This document shows, piece after piece, positions 48,281 through 58,339 of a DNA stretch of 64,000 nucleotides. Within the stretch, counting starts at the first letter, position 1. The number at the start of each line of letters is the position of its first letter. Made by a program: the position numbers and the translations under genes. This DNA is from Bacteroidota bacterium (GTDB lineage: Bacteria > Bacteroidota > Bacteroidia > NS11-12g > UBA955). The notes beneath the pieces were generated by a model that was not told where the DNA came from, did no database searches, and saw only the letters and a program-made list of their open reading frames with translations. The DNA lies in contig VGGQ01000002.1 of the NCBI GenBank assembly GCA_016868535.1, positions 8,203-72,202 on the forward strand, given 5' to 3'.

Positions 48281-48349
48281 GGAGGTTACAAAGTTACATT
48301 CAGAAAGGAGCAGGAAAAGTAAGATTTTTACACGGTGTCCAATGGACTG

Positions 48350-49903
48350 TTAGTCGCCCACTATCGGATGCCCGGCTTCATCGAAAAATTCGAGTCTAGA
48401 AAGACCATAATTAGGAGCCGCTTCCAGTTTTAGCCAGCGCTTATGCTTGAACCACCATTTCAGGCGTATACTGATTAATCCCTGTTTAAGGTAGTTTGTA
48501 ACCAATGGGTGTGCCTTAAGCTTCAGATTTTTATGGTTCATATTATCCCAAAGGTAGGCAACAGTATTTTCCAGACGATTGAGCAACTGCACACTGCTTT
48601 CCATGCGCCCGGTACCGTTGCATGACGGGCAAACCTCACTGGTGATGATCTCCATGGCAGGACGGACGCGCTCACGGGTAATCTGCACCAGTCCGAACTT
48701 ACTCATGGGCAAAATGGTATGCTTGGCGCGGTCATTCTTCATAGCTGCTCGCAGGGCATTGTACAATTCATTGCGTTTTTTGGGATCTTTCATGTCGATA
48801 AAATCGATCACGATGATTCCGCCCATGTCACGCAGGCGAATCTGACGGGCCACTTCTTCCACAGCTTCCATGTTCACTTTCATCACATTCTCCTCACGGT
48901 TCAACGGATCAAAACTGGTGTTGCCGCTGTTCACATCCATTACGTGCAGCGCTTCGGTATGTTCAATAACCAGATAGGCACCACCACTGAAGGTAACGCT
49001 TTTCCCAAACGAGCTTTTGATAGCCCTGTTAATTTGAAACTGATCAAAGATGTGGTTTTTACCCTGGTGAAGCTTCAGTATTTTCTCGCTGCCCGGGGAA
49101 ATGCGCTGCAGATAGGTTTTCAAATCCTGCAGCAATGTCTGGTCATCTACCACAATCTGGGTAAATGAATCATTCAGCATATCACGCAACAAGGTATAAA
49201 GTCGATTTCCTTCACCCAGCACCAAATCGGTTACTTTGGCTTGCTTCAGGTTGTTTTTCAGTTCATCCCACTTTTTAATTAAGCCGCGCAAATCCCTATC
49301 AAGTTCTTCAATTTCAACGCCTTCACTTACCGTGCGGATGATAACACCAAAGTTCTCTGTTTTCAGCGAAGTAGCGAGATCCCGCAGTCGTTTTTTCTCA
49401 GCAGGACTACCAATTTTCTTGCTTATGGATATGCTGTTTGTAAAAGGCACAAGTACGAAATAGCGGCCGGCCAAACTTATGTCGCAGGTCACTTTGGAAC
49501 CTTTGGTGGACATCGGTTCTTTAAGCACCTGCACCAATATACGATCTCCCACTTTCAGTACCTGACCTATTTTGCCCGTCTTAACGGTTTGTGGTTCGAA
49601 CTTGAAACATTCCAGATCGGCACGCTGCATGTTTCCATGCTGAACCAGGTGTGTAAACTTCTTTACGGAGAGCACATTGGGCCCTAAATCAAAATAGGTA
49701 AGAAAAGCATCTCTTTCCGCACCTACATCAACGAAGGCGGCATTTAGGGTTGGAGAAATTTTTTTGACCTTTGCCAGATAAAAATTACCGACCTGAAACG
49801 AAGAGCCTGAAGACTCCTTATGAAATTCGATAAGCTTTTTATCACTGATTAAGGCTATCTCAATCCCTGACGAATTTTTATGTATTACTAATTCGTTTGA
49901 CAA
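48350..49903 (-). CDS. rng: ribonuclease E/G family endoribonuclease (RNase G-like)
   Basis: 517 aa with an N-terminal S1 domain. The DNase I-like/Zn-link region contains GGIIVIDFIDM and CPSCNGTG. TTG start. Confidence 0.88.
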   Translation of the reverse strand: MSNELVIHKNSSGIEIALISDKKLIEFHKESSGSSFQVGNFYLAKVKKISPTLNAAFVDVGAERDAFLTYFDLGPNVLSVKKFTHLVQHGNMQRADLECFKFEPQTVKTGKIGQVLKVGDRILVQVLKEPMSTKGSKVTCDISLAGRYFVLVPFTNSISISKKIGSPAEKKRLRDLATSLKTENFGVIIRTVSEGVEIEELDRDLRGLIKKWDELKNNLKQAKVTDLVLGEGNRLYTLLRDMLNDSFTQIVVDDQTLLQDLKTYLQRISPGSEKILKLHQGKNHIFDQFQINRAIKSSFGKSVTFSGGAYLVIEHTEALHVMDVNSGNTSFDPLNREENVMKVNMEAVEEVARQIRLRDMGGIIVIDFIDMKDPKKRNELYNALRAAMKNDRAKHTILPMSKFGLVQITRERVRPAMEIITSEVCPSCNGTGRMESSVQLLNRLENTVAYLWDNMNHKNLKLKAHPLVTNYLKQGLISIRLKWWFKHKRWLKLEAAPNYGLSRLEFFDEAGHPIVGD

Positions 49904-49927
49904 GGGGGTTGACCTTAGTTAGAGTTA

Positions 49928-50017
49928 TTATTTTTTCTTATGTCTGTTCTTGCGAAGGCGCTTTTTGCGCTTGTGGGTCGCGATTTTATGACGTTTTCTT
50001 TTCTTACCGCTTGGCAT
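49928..50017 (-). CDS. 29-aa extremely basic peptide, bS22/mS38 (AURKAIP1/COX24)-like putative ribosomal protein
   Basis: ATG 50017 to TAA 49928 encodes MPSGKKRKRHKIATHKRKKRLRKNRHKKK. It starts 2 nt after the upstream gene's stop and ends 24 nt before the RNase G start. It is too short for the ORF track. The family resemblance is from memory. Confidence 0.6.
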   Translation of the reverse strand: MPSGKKRKRHKIATHKRKKRLRKNRHKKK

Positions 50018-50019
50018 AT

Positions 50020-50823
50020 TTACTGTGTTTTATTTCTGTTTTGCACTTTCACCGCCAAATTGAGGAAAATCTTTGCATTGACAGAGTCTCCCATAGATCC
50101 GTATATGTCGCTTGCCTGAAAGTACCAAACGGGGTTTTGGGGTTGCAAAGATATTAATTTTCGGCATTCCTCCGCAGCTTTTTTCCATTGGGCTGATTTT
50201 CGGAGCAGATTCAGCCTTATAAACCGCGTTTCTAAATTATTGCTATCCATGGCAATAGTCTCTCGAAGTGTTCCCAGAAACTTCATAGGCTGGTTTTCAT
50301 ATTCACTTTGATATACGATCAATGCATTTCTGGCCTGAATATTTTTTGGATACAGTTTGAGCACTCTATCCAGGATGATTTTGCCCTTTTGGAACATATA
50401 GGCGGCAACAACAGGATTATCCATATTTTCAGAGGCCCCAAATATAAGGTTTCTGGCAGCGCTGGTCAGATTTTCTTCACCTTCCTGCTTTTCGGCAAGT
50501 GAGCTTTGAATGAGGCTGAATAAGGGTTTGTTTACCGTCTCACTTGCCCATTTCAAGGCTTTTTGCAAGGTGTCCTGGGGCAGGTCTGTCAGTGACTGAA
50601 GAAGCAATTTGCCCATCCATTCTGGAGGTCGGGAAACAGCGAATACTTCATTCAGAAATTCATCGCGGGAAACAGGTTCCTGCGGCAGGATCTGCGCACC
50701 GGGCATGTTGCCTTCTGCGGGCTTCAAAATACCGGATGAAGTCTTAAATTTTGGGAAAAACAGAATACCAAGAAGTAATGCCAAAAAGGCAATAAACATG
50801 ATTACGCGGGGGTTTTTCTCCAC
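50020..50823 (-). CDS. membrane-anchored TPR-like protein of unknown function
   Basis: N-terminal TM anchor VIMFIAFLALLLGILFFP, followed by a helical repeat region with TPR-like spacing. Confidence 0.55.
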   Translation of the reverse strand: MEKNPRVIMFIAFLALLLGILFFPKFKTSSGILKPAEGNMPGAQILPQEPVSRDEFLNEVFAVSRPPEWMGKLLLQSLTDLPQDTLQKALKWASETVNKPLFSLIQSSLAEKQEGEENLTSAARNLIFGASENMDNPVVAAYMFQKGKIILDRVLKLYPKNIQARNALIVYQSEYENQPMKFLGTLRETIAMDSNNLETRFIRLNLLRKSAQWKKAAEECRKLISLQPQNPVWYFQASDIYGSMGDSVNAKIFLNLAVKVQNRNKTQ

Positions 50824-50860
50824 GCTGCAAAATTAATCTTAAGGTTTCGATTTGTGACAA

Positions 50861-51169
50861 TTACTTGCCGGAAACCCTCTTGGAAAGTGTTTTACTGTCT
50901 TTTACCTGAGTAGCAAATTCTTTGGCTGGTTTGAATCTTGCCACGTAATGAGCAGGAACAACCAAACTGGTATTTCGCTTAATATTGCGGGCCACTTTGA
51001 TTTTACGAAGCTTTAATTCAAATGTTCCAAATCCTCTCAGGTAGATGTTGTTTCCACCAACCATAGCGTTCTTCACAACCACAAATAAATTGTCGATGGT
51101 ACAAGCAATGGCCGTCTTCTCAAGTCCTGTGCGGAATGCAATCTCATTCACTAGTTCTGATTTTGTCAT
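50861..51169 (-). CDS. hup: HU-family DNA-binding protein
   Basis: The true start is ATG 51169 (MTKSELVNEIAFRTGLEKTAIACTIDNLF...GFGTFELKLRKIKVARNIKRNTSLVVPAHYVARFKPAKEF). Confidence 0.9.
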   Translation of the reverse strand: MTKSELVNEIAFRTGLEKTAIACTIDNLFVVVKNAMVGGNNIYLRGFGTFELKLRKIKVARNIKRNTSLVVPAHYVARFKPAKEFATQVKDSKTLSKRVSGK

Positions 51170-51236
51170 TTCTTTTGTTGGGGGGAAATTTGTTTGAGCA
51201 AATAAAAACCATACTGAATTAAAATTTTTCACATTT

Positions 51237-52286
51237 ATGACAATAATGGGATGTAAGCTGGCTGAATGGTACCATACAAACGCCCGGAATTTACCATGGA
51301 GAGTTACGTCAGACCCATATATGATATGGGTGTCAGAGGTCATACTGCAACAAACACGAGTAACACAGGGCCTGCCATTTTATTACAATTTCATTACAAA
51401 ATTTCCTTCGGTAAAAACACTGGCTGAAGCTTCACAGGATGAAATTTTAAAAATCTGGCAGGGTTTGGGTTATTACGGCAGGGCCAGGAACATGATGAAA
51501 GCAGCAAAAGTAATCATGGAGCAACACGGTGGAATTTTCCCTGACACTATCGAAAAACTGAAAAAAATTCCTGGTATTGGAAATTACACGGCTGCTGCGG
51601 TCGGCAGTTTTGCTTACAACATCCGCATTCCGGCAATCGACGGAAATGTAAGAAGGGTTGCCTCGCGGTTATACGGTCTGCAAGAACCTATAGGCACACC
51701 AAAATCTGATAAAAAAATGGAATCTATACTGCTGAACGAAATGCAACCCTACCCGCCATCATTGTTTAACCAGGCTATGATGGAAATAGGCGCTACCGTT
51801 TGCAAGCCCATTAATCCCGAATGTATGCAGTGCCCGTTTGAAGATGTCTGTGAGGCAAGAAGTAAAAACCTGCAACATGTTTTACCGGTAAAAACCATCA
51901 AAGAACCACCCCGGGTAGTTTACATGAATTACCTATTCATTAATGCTGATGGAGTTACCTGGTTACAAAAGAGGCTGGCTGATAGCATTTGGAAAGGACT
52001 TTACGAATTTCCGAGTACCCTTGGTACTTTAGAAAACAAAACTACCAACCCTTTTCATGACTGGTTTATCAATACAGATGAATTGGTAATGGACAAACCC
52101 CTGACTATTAAACACCATCTTACACACCAAACTATTTTTGCCACACTGTGGCAATTTTCATGTAAAGAAGCTAATATTGTAGGAGAGAAAGTACAGGATA
52201 AAATAAGGACACAGCTGACGGAAATTGAATCGTTTCCGATTCACCGGCTTATGTTGAAGTTTTTAGAAAAATCGTTTAATAATTAA
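51237..52286 (+). CDS. mutY: A/G-specific adenine DNA glycosylase
   Basis: LPWRVTSDPYMIWVSEVILQQTRV, an HhH-GPD region, a 4Fe-4S Cys cluster CKPINPECMQCPFEDVC, and a C-terminal NUDIX-like domain. Confidence 0.92.
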   Translation: MTIMGCKLAEWYHTNARNLPWRVTSDPYMIWVSEVILQQTRVTQGLPFYYNFITKFPSVKTLAEASQDEILKIWQGLGYYGRARNMMKAAKVIMEQHGGIFPDTIEKLKKIPGIGNYTAAAVGSFAYNIRIPAIDGNVRRVASRLYGLQEPIGTPKSDKKMESILLNEMQPYPPSLFNQAMMEIGATVCKPINPECMQCPFEDVCEARSKNLQHVLPVKTIKEPPRVVYMNYLFINADGVTWLQKRLADSIWKGLYEFPSTLGTLENKTTNPFHDWFINTDELVMDKPLTIKHHLTHQTIFATLWQFSCKEANIVGEKVQDKIRTQLTEIESFPIHRLMLKFLEKSFNN

Positions 52287-52289
52287 CAT

Positions 52290-52742
52290 ATGATTAACAA
52301 AGCAATTTTATTGGGGAGACTGGGAAAAGACCCAGTTGTAAGACATTTAGACAATGGACGGGTGGTGGCAAATATTACCCTGGCCACAAATGATTATTAT
52401 ACAAAAGACGGGCAAAAAATGGAAAACACTGAGTGGCACAATTTAGAACTTTGGGATAACCACGCACGCCTTGCAGAAAATTACCTGAGAAAGGGTAACA
52501 TCATTTACGTAGAAGGCAAAATTCGCACGGATAAATACACAGATTCAGAAGGTATCGAGAAACAGATAAAGAAAATTCGCGTGTTGCAAATGCAGACTAT
52601 GGGTGGCTTAAATAAGAATGAAGATGATGAAACACAGGACAGAGGAATGGTAAATGAGCCTGAAACCGGATACAGAGAAACTGAAAACCGCAACAATTCT
52701 GCTCCGGAAAGACCGGAATACAAGGATGATTTTCCATTCTAA
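52290..52742 (+). CDS. ssb: single-stranded DNA-binding protein
   Basis: OB-fold N-terminus MINKAILLGRLGKDPVVRHL...TEWHNLELW and an acidic tail ending DDFPF. Confidence 0.93.
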   Translation: MINKAILLGRLGKDPVVRHLDNGRVVANITLATNDYYTKDGQKMENTEWHNLELWDNHARLAENYLRKGNIIYVEGKIRTDKYTDSEGIEKQIKKIRVLQMQTMGGLNKNEDDETQDRGMVNEPETGYRETENRNNSAPERPEYKDDFPF

Positions 52743-52759
52743 TACCACAGTAAATATTC

Positions 52760-54103
52760 ATGGATGATCTCTGTCCTGCTGCATTGAACCTGTTCAGCAG
52801 CATACTGCGCCCCCTGGAAAATGATGATATACACTCACTCGTAGGACTTGGTATAACCATGCTCGCAAGTCTGTTAGTTACAGTAATATGCGCCGCATCA
52901 GAAAACGCATTCTTCAGTCACCGGGAAAGCGATTTGGAACACTTACGTGCTTCAAAACAGCAATCTGCAAAAAACATTTTGCACCTGTTGTCATTTCCAA
53001 AACATTTGCTGGCAACCATTCTGGTTCTAAACAGTTTGAGCATGGTGGCTTTTGTGGTAGTTTCCACCATCTTCAACGACACCATACTTGACCTGGAATA
53101 TAAACCATGGCTGCGTTTCTTTATTGATGCCATCGTAATTACGCTCATCATATTAATTTTTGCGGAGCTAATGCCCAAGGTATACGCCACACAACATTAC
53201 CAACGTTCTGCAAAATTTCTCAGTTATCCCATGCGGGCATTCATGTTTGTATTGTGGCCTTTTACCGGATTGCTTGTAAAAATGGGCAGTTTTTTTGAAA
53301 AACGCATCAAACAGAGAACCCCCGAATTAACTCCTGAAGAGCTGAGTAAAGCCATAGATATGGCAGCAGACCCGGCAGACGCACAGCAGGAAAAAGACAT
53401 TTTGAAAGGCATTGTGAATATTGCCCAGATACAGGTCAGGCAGATAATGAAACCAAGAATAGATATGGTGGGCATTGACGCAGAAACATCATTTCACAAG
53501 TTAATTGAAATTGTGAAAGAGATGCGTTTCAGCAGAATGCCTGTTTATCAGGACAATCTTGATACGATCATAGGCGTTCTCAATATCAAGCATCTTCTGC
53601 CACACCTCAATCAGGCAGACGATTTTGACTGGAAAAAACTGATGACCCAACCATTTTTTGTTCCTGAGAATAAAATGATTGACGATCTGTTGCATGAATT
53701 CAGGCACAACAGGAATCACCTTGCGGTGGTGGTGGATGAGTTTGGCGGAACCTATGGTATTGTTACCCTGGAGGATATTTTGGAGGAGGTATTTGGCGAA
53801 CTGAACGACGAGTTTGATGAAATACAGGAACAATACAGTCGATTGGACGAACACACTTTCCTGTTTGAAGGAAAAATCCCGCTGGTAGATTTTCTGAGAA
53901 TTACACGTTTGCCCATACATTTTTTTGACGATGCCGGAGATGAAACTGACACACTTGGCGGATTCATTACCAATTTTGCGGGCAAAATACCGGGGCGGGG
54001 AGAGACATTTCACTATAAAAATCTTTTGTTTGCCATAGATGCTGCCGATTTACGCAAGGTCAACCGGCTTAAAGTAATCATTCATGAAGATACCGAAAGC
54101 TAG
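52760..54103 (+). CDS. gldE: gliding motility-associated protein GldE (DUF21/CNNM membrane domain, CBS pair, CorC_HlyC)
   Basis: The domain order matches, and the gene sits in the mutY-ssb-gldE-gldD arrangement described for Flavobacterium johnsoniae. Confidence 0.8.
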   Translation: MDDLCPAALNLFSSILRPLENDDIHSLVGLGITMLASLLVTVICAASENAFFSHRESDLEHLRASKQQSAKNILHLLSFPKHLLATILVLNSLSMVAFVVVSTIFNDTILDLEYKPWLRFFIDAIVITLIILIFAELMPKVYATQHYQRSAKFLSYPMRAFMFVLWPFTGLLVKMGSFFEKRIKQRTPELTPEELSKAIDMAADPADAQQEKDILKGIVNIAQIQVRQIMKPRIDMVGIDAETSFHKLIEIVKEMRFSRMPVYQDNLDTIIGVLNIKHLLPHLNQADDFDWKKLMTQPFFVPENKMIDDLLHEFRHNRNHLAVVVDEFGGTYGIVTLEDILEEVFGELNDEFDEIQEQYSRLDEHTFLFEGKIPLVDFLRITRLPIHFFDDAGDETDTLGGFITNFAGKIPGRGETFHYKNLLFAIDAADLRKVNRLKVIIHEDTES

Positions 54104-54671
54104 CCTCATCCTGTTATCGGTTATATTAGCGGACTGCAGCAGAACTGAAGTTTATGTGCCCAAACCCCATGCATATCCGAGAATCCAGCTACCTGAAATC
54201 GGCTATCGGCCATTTGATTCCGCGGGTATTCCCTATGCATTTGAAATTCCAATGTATGCTGCCATGCAAAAAGACACCCCCAATGTTTATACCCGGCAAC
54301 CCTACTGGTTTAACCTGAATTTCATGCCCTTCGATGCCACATTACACCTGACATACTACCGATTCAATGACAGAATACAATTTGATTCGTTAATAGAAGA
54401 CTCCCGAAAACTGGTTAACAAACACATCCAAAGAGCTGAAGATATCATCGAGGAACCTATATACAATGCAGGGAACGTGAAAGGTATGTTATTTGAGATT
54501 GAAGGTAATACGGCCACAAACCTGAATTTTTATTTAACCGACAGTAGCAGAAACTTCATACGGGGAGCCTTGTATTTTAATTCAAAAGCAGCGTCGGACT
54601 CTACTGCACCTGTTTTTGAGAGAATGAAAACCGATGTGAGCCATTTAATCAAGACTTTTAGATGGAAATAA
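54084..54671 (+). CDS. gldD: gliding motility lipoprotein GldD
   Basis: Lipobox SVILADC and the N-terminal PKPHAYPRIQLPEIGYRPFDS motif. The gene overlaps the gldE stop by 20 nt. Confidence 0.78.
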   Translation: MKIPKASLILLSVILADCSRTEVYVPKPHAYPRIQLPEIGYRPFDSAGIPYAFEIPMYAAMQKDTPNVYTRQPYWFNLNFMPFDATLHLTYYRFNDRIQFDSLIEDSRKLVNKHIQRAEDIIEEPIYNAGNVKGMLFEIEGNTATNLNFYLTDSSRNFIRGALYFNSKAASDSTAPVFERMKTDVSHLIKTFRWK

Positions 54672-54701
54672 GGTTGTGGTACTGATTTTGAATACATAAA
54701 A

Positions 54702-56618
54702 ATGAACAAAACTGTGAGGGTTGCTCTGCTGCTTACACTGACATTGATGGGATCGTGCGCCATCGCCCAGAAAGGCAACAGAAAAAAAGCTGAAGAAGCT
54801 TTTATAAATGCACTTAAAGCAAATAGTGAAGGGAATAAAACACTGGCCCTGCAGCACATCAAAAAAGCCCTGAAAGCGGATATTTCGTTTGTAAATGCCT
54901 GGTCTTTGCAGGCTGATATTGCAGAAAAAAGTAACGATACAACACTGGCAAGATCATCCTATGATGTCTGCCTGAAACGCGAACCCTACTTTCAAAATCA
55001 CTATTACTATTACGCCAAATATTGGTTTAGACAAGAGCAAAATGAAAAGGCACTGAATCTGCTGGAGAGATTTTATAAGGCACCTTTGGAAACCGGTTTT
55101 GACTCCAAAAAAGATAAAGCTTCAACCACCATCCGATCTGCAGCAGACAAACTGGTTGAAAGCTGTCGGTTTGCACTCCAGGACAAACAACGTGTCGAAG
55201 ATCTTGATATTCGCAATCTGGGTTCCGGTGTTAATTCCATTAATAATGAATACTGGCCGGGCATGACCGTAGATGGTGAAATCCTGATATACACTAGACT
55301 GGTAAATGGACAGGAAGATTTTTACGTAAGTTCAAAATCTCAGGATTCTTGGGTTAATGCACGTCCCTTGCCAGGTAGTATCAATACCACCAACAATGAG
55401 GGATATACTTCAGTAAGTGCTGATGGTCGCTACATTTTCTTTACTGTTTGCAACCAGGACGGTTTTGGCAGCTGCGACATATTTTACAGCTTTCTGAAAG
55501 AAAATGCATGGAGCCGCAGAATGAACCTTGGAGAAACAATTAATACTCCCGCATGGGATGCGCAGCCCGCCATCAGTGCCGATGGAAAAACACTTATTTT
55601 CTCGAGCTCAAGATCCGGAGGATATGGAGGAAAAGACCTTTGGGTAAGCTACTGGAAAAAAAATAACTGGACGCAACCTGAAAATCTGGGTAAAACCATT
55701 AACACCGGTGCCGATGAGGAAGCGCCATACCTTCATTATGATGGAAAAACACTTTATTTCTCAAGTTCCGGACACACGGGATACGGGCAACATGATATTT
55801 TCAGAAGCCAGATGCTGGGCGTCGGCAATTGGACCAACCCCGAAAATATGGGCCGCGGCATCAATACAGATGCGGATGAAGCCGGTTTCTATGTAGACTT
55901 TAAAGGGGAAAGAGCTTACATTGCCAGTTCACGGACAGGCGGCTACGGCGGGCTCGACATATACAGCCTAAAACTCAGTGCGGATAGAAAACCTCTGCCT
56001 GTAACCTATGTTAAAGGGAATATCCTGGATGCTGAAACCAAAAATGAAATATCCGGCCGCATAGAGTTGGTGAACCTGGAGACAAGCAGGACAGTATTAT
56101 CAGATTCTTCCACACGCTTTTTCACTACACTAGAACCACATGGTTTATATGGATTGAACGTATACAGGAGCGGCTATTTGTTTTACTCTGCCAACTTTCA
56201 GCCTACCCCTTCTGGCATAGATGATCCGTTTTTGGTGACCGCGTTGTTGAAACCCATTGAAATAAATCAGAGCGTAATTCTTAACAATATATTTTTTGAA
56301 ACTGACAAGTTTGAGCTGCGGCCGGAGAGTTTCCATGAACTCCAAAAACTGTATTCGCTGCTGAAAACCAATCCCGATGTTATGGTGGAGATTGCAGGTC
56401 ATACCGATAATCAGGGTTCTGCAGCGCATAACGCCACACTCAGCGTAAACAGGGCTAAGTCGGTTAAAGATTATCTTGTAAAGGCCGGTATTCCTGCCCA
56501 AGCCGTAAAAACATCTGGATATGCGTCTGAAAACCCCATTGGCGATAACAACACCGCAACTGGCAGGGCGCAAAACCGCAGAATTGAAATAAAAATTGTT
56601 GGTCTAATGAAAAAATAA
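54702..56618 (+). CDS. OmpA-family peptidoglycan-associated protein with TPR and PD40 (TolB-like) repeats
   Basis: Signal or lipoprotein N-terminus, and repeated ...EYWPGMTVDG..., ...WDAQPAISADGKTLIFSSSR... and EEAPYLHYDGKTLYFSS blades. The C-terminal OmpA domain has NNIFFETDKFEL...GHTDNQGSAAHNATLSVNRAKSV...NRRIEIKIV. Confidence 0.85.
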   Translation: MNKTVRVALLLTLTLMGSCAIAQKGNRKKAEEAFINALKANSEGNKTLALQHIKKALKADISFVNAWSLQADIAEKSNDTTLARSSYDVCLKREPYFQNHYYYYAKYWFRQEQNEKALNLLERFYKAPLETGFDSKKDKASTTIRSAADKLVESCRFALQDKQRVEDLDIRNLGSGVNSINNEYWPGMTVDGEILIYTRLVNGQEDFYVSSKSQDSWVNARPLPGSINTTNNEGYTSVSADGRYIFFTVCNQDGFGSCDIFYSFLKENAWSRRMNLGETINTPAWDAQPAISADGKTLIFSSSRSGGYGGKDLWVSYWKKNNWTQPENLGKTINTGADEEAPYLHYDGKTLYFSSSGHTGYGQHDIFRSQMLGVGNWTNPENMGRGINTDADEAGFYVDFKGERAYIASSRTGGYGGLDIYSLKLSADRKPLPVTYVKGNILDAETKNEISGRIELVNLETSRTVLSDSSTRFFTTLEPHGLYGLNVYRSGYLFYSANFQPTPSGIDDPFLVTALLKPIEINQSVILNNIFFETDKFELRPESFHELQKLYSLLKTNPDVMVEIAGHTDNQGSAAHNATLSVNRAKSVKDYLVKAGIPAQAVKTSGYASENPIGDNNTATGRAQNRRIEIKIVGLMKK

Positions 56619-56619
56619 T

Positions 56620-57345
56620 ATGTCTGTGCACTTAACACCCGAACAGGAAAGCCGCATTAAACGCGCATTTTCCAATAAGCGCTGGCCCGAAGTGGCCAGC
56701 ACAATGAGCTGGAGTATCTTTAAAATCATGGCAGAATTTGTGGATGGCTACCAGGCTTTGGCACGGATTGGTCCCTGCGTTTCTATTTTTGGTTCAGCCA
56801 GAACCCAGAAAGAGCATCCACATTACAAGCTGGCCGAAGAAATTGCACAAAAGTTATCCGAAGCCGGACTGGGCATCATTACTGGGGGTGGTCCGGGTAT
56901 TATGGAAGCCGCCAACAAAGGGGCCAAAGCAGGTGGTGGCCCCAGCGTAGGATTGAACATCAACCTTCCTTTTGAACAATACCCCAATGCTTACCAAGAC
57001 AGGGATAAAGGACTAAACTTTGATTATTTTTTTGTGCGCAAAGTGATGTTTGTGAAATACGCCCAGGGATTTGTGGTTCTTCCCGGCGGTTTTGGCACTC
57101 TGGATGAGCTGTTTGAAGCCTTGACCCTGGTTCAAACCGACAAGAGGGCACAGTTTCCCATTGTGCTGGTAGATAAAACTTTCTGGGTGCCTATGATGGA
57201 CTTCATTCACAATTTACTGCTTAAGCAATATCAGTTCATCAGTGAAGGTGATCTTGGGCTTTTTAAACTGGTGGATACAGCCGATGAAGCTGTTAGTGAG
57301 ATTTTGGATTTCTACAGCAAGTACTCACTCAAACCCAACTTTTAA
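56620..57345 (+). CDS. LOG-family (TIGR00730) nucleotide 5'-monophosphate nucleosidase
   Basis: GGGPGIMEA and PGGFGTLDELFE motifs. Confidence 0.85.
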   Translation: MSVHLTPEQESRIKRAFSNKRWPEVASTMSWSIFKIMAEFVDGYQALARIGPCVSIFGSARTQKEHPHYKLAEEIAQKLSEAGLGIITGGGPGIMEAANKGAKAGGGPSVGLNINLPFEQYPNAYQDRDKGLNFDYFFVRKVMFVKYAQGFVVLPGGFGTLDELFEALTLVQTDKRAQFPIVLVDKTFWVPMMDFIHNLLLKQYQFISEGDLGLFKLVDTADEAVSEILDFYSKYSLKPNF

Positions 57346-58310
57346 TCTTTTCCGTGCTCCTCACGGCCTTTCATCCGGCCTGATTTTAAGGCTTTTTCAA
57401 TTTCAGCATCCTCGGGATCAGGAAGGATTTCTCCCCTTATGCCTTCCAGGTTGGGCTGCCCCGCATTTACCCAGGCCGTGTACCAGAATGACGCCACTGA
57501 AAAGATTGCCTGCCGCATTCTGAGCTCAACCATACTTTCCATCATGCGGTGATAATCATTGCAAAACGGCACTGAGTAAACCTCCATGGTCTGTGTTCCC
57601 CTGGCTTCAAAGCTATATTTGTTTTCAGGATGCATAGTGGTGGCAAAGCGTTCGAGCTTCAATACAGAATCAACAAGCATAAAGCTTCTTCCCATGGTTC
57701 CCCAGATATAATCAGAGGGCTTGTATAAATAAACGGCCGAGCCTGTCAGTAAATCAAATGAATCCATAAAAAGCTGAGGGATGCGGCTTTCCCAAAGGGC
57801 GTGAATGCCTTCCTGCCCTGTCAGTTGGCCGTTATAATTGCGGCTGCTGTGGAGCGGCACATGTGCATCTGCAATGTAATGACCTATATCCGCGCTGAGT
57901 TTCAGAATCTTCTCAAAGTTTCTTTCTTCAAAAGCCTTGGTGAGCCGGCTGAGCATAGCCATACAGTGCCAGGGTACTATTCCATGGCTCAGTAAGGTAT
58001 CTTCGGTATATTTTTCGATGGCTTCATGCCAGTAGTGGGGAATGGTATCCAGCGGAGCTGCCGTTTCATAGCGGTCGCAATCCATATAGTGACGGCAGGC
58101 TTCGTCTGCCATCAAATACCGCCTGCTGTCTGGATCGACACTGTGTTGTGTGATGTATTCGATGTGCTGCTTATAAAAGCCAAACATTTGGGGAGGCAAA
58201 GCGAAAACTGCACGGTTATTGATTGTTCTGTGACCCAGAAATCCCCATGCACCTGCCTTAGATACAAAAAAAAGAATTGCGAGAAATGTAAAAATCCGGA
58301 AAGGCCGCAT
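57342..58310 (-). CDS. zinc-dependent phospholipase C-like / S1-P1 nuclease-like secreted metalloenzyme
   Basis: The likely start is ATG 58310 (signal MRPFRIFTFLAILFFVSKAGA), followed by a WGFLGHRTI N-terminal zinc-ligand motif and several His/Asp clusters. The family is tentative. Confidence 0.5.
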   Translation of the reverse strand: MRPFRIFTFLAILFFVSKAGAWGFLGHRTINNRAVFALPPQMFGFYKQHIEYITQHSVDPDSRRYLMADEACRHYMDCDRYETAAPLDTIPHYWHEAIEKYTEDTLLSHGIVPWHCMAMLSRLTKAFEERNFEKILKLSADIGHYIADAHVPLHSSRNYNGQLTGQEGIHALWESRIPQLFMDSFDLLTGSAVYLYKPSDYIWGTMGRSFMLVDSVLKLERFATTMHPENKYSFEARGTQTMEVYSVPFCNDYHRMMESMVELRMRQAIFSVASFWYTAWVNAGQPNLEGIRGEILPDPEDAEIEKALKSGRMKGREEHGKD

Positions 58311-58339
58311 CTTAATCAAATAACAAAAAAGAGGAAAAT

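Noticed and set aside
49897-50157. 86-aa plus-strand ORF between RNase G and the TPR-like gene
   Set aside because: It overlaps both the 29-codon basic ORF and the 3' end of the TPR-like gene on the other strand. The translation (MTRGLTLVRVIIFSYVCSCEGAFCACGS...) has no recognisable features.
53501-54013. 170-aa minus-strand ORF inside gldE
   Set aside because: It is antisense to the CBS/CorC region of gldE, whose frame is supported by domain motifs and by synteny with gldD.
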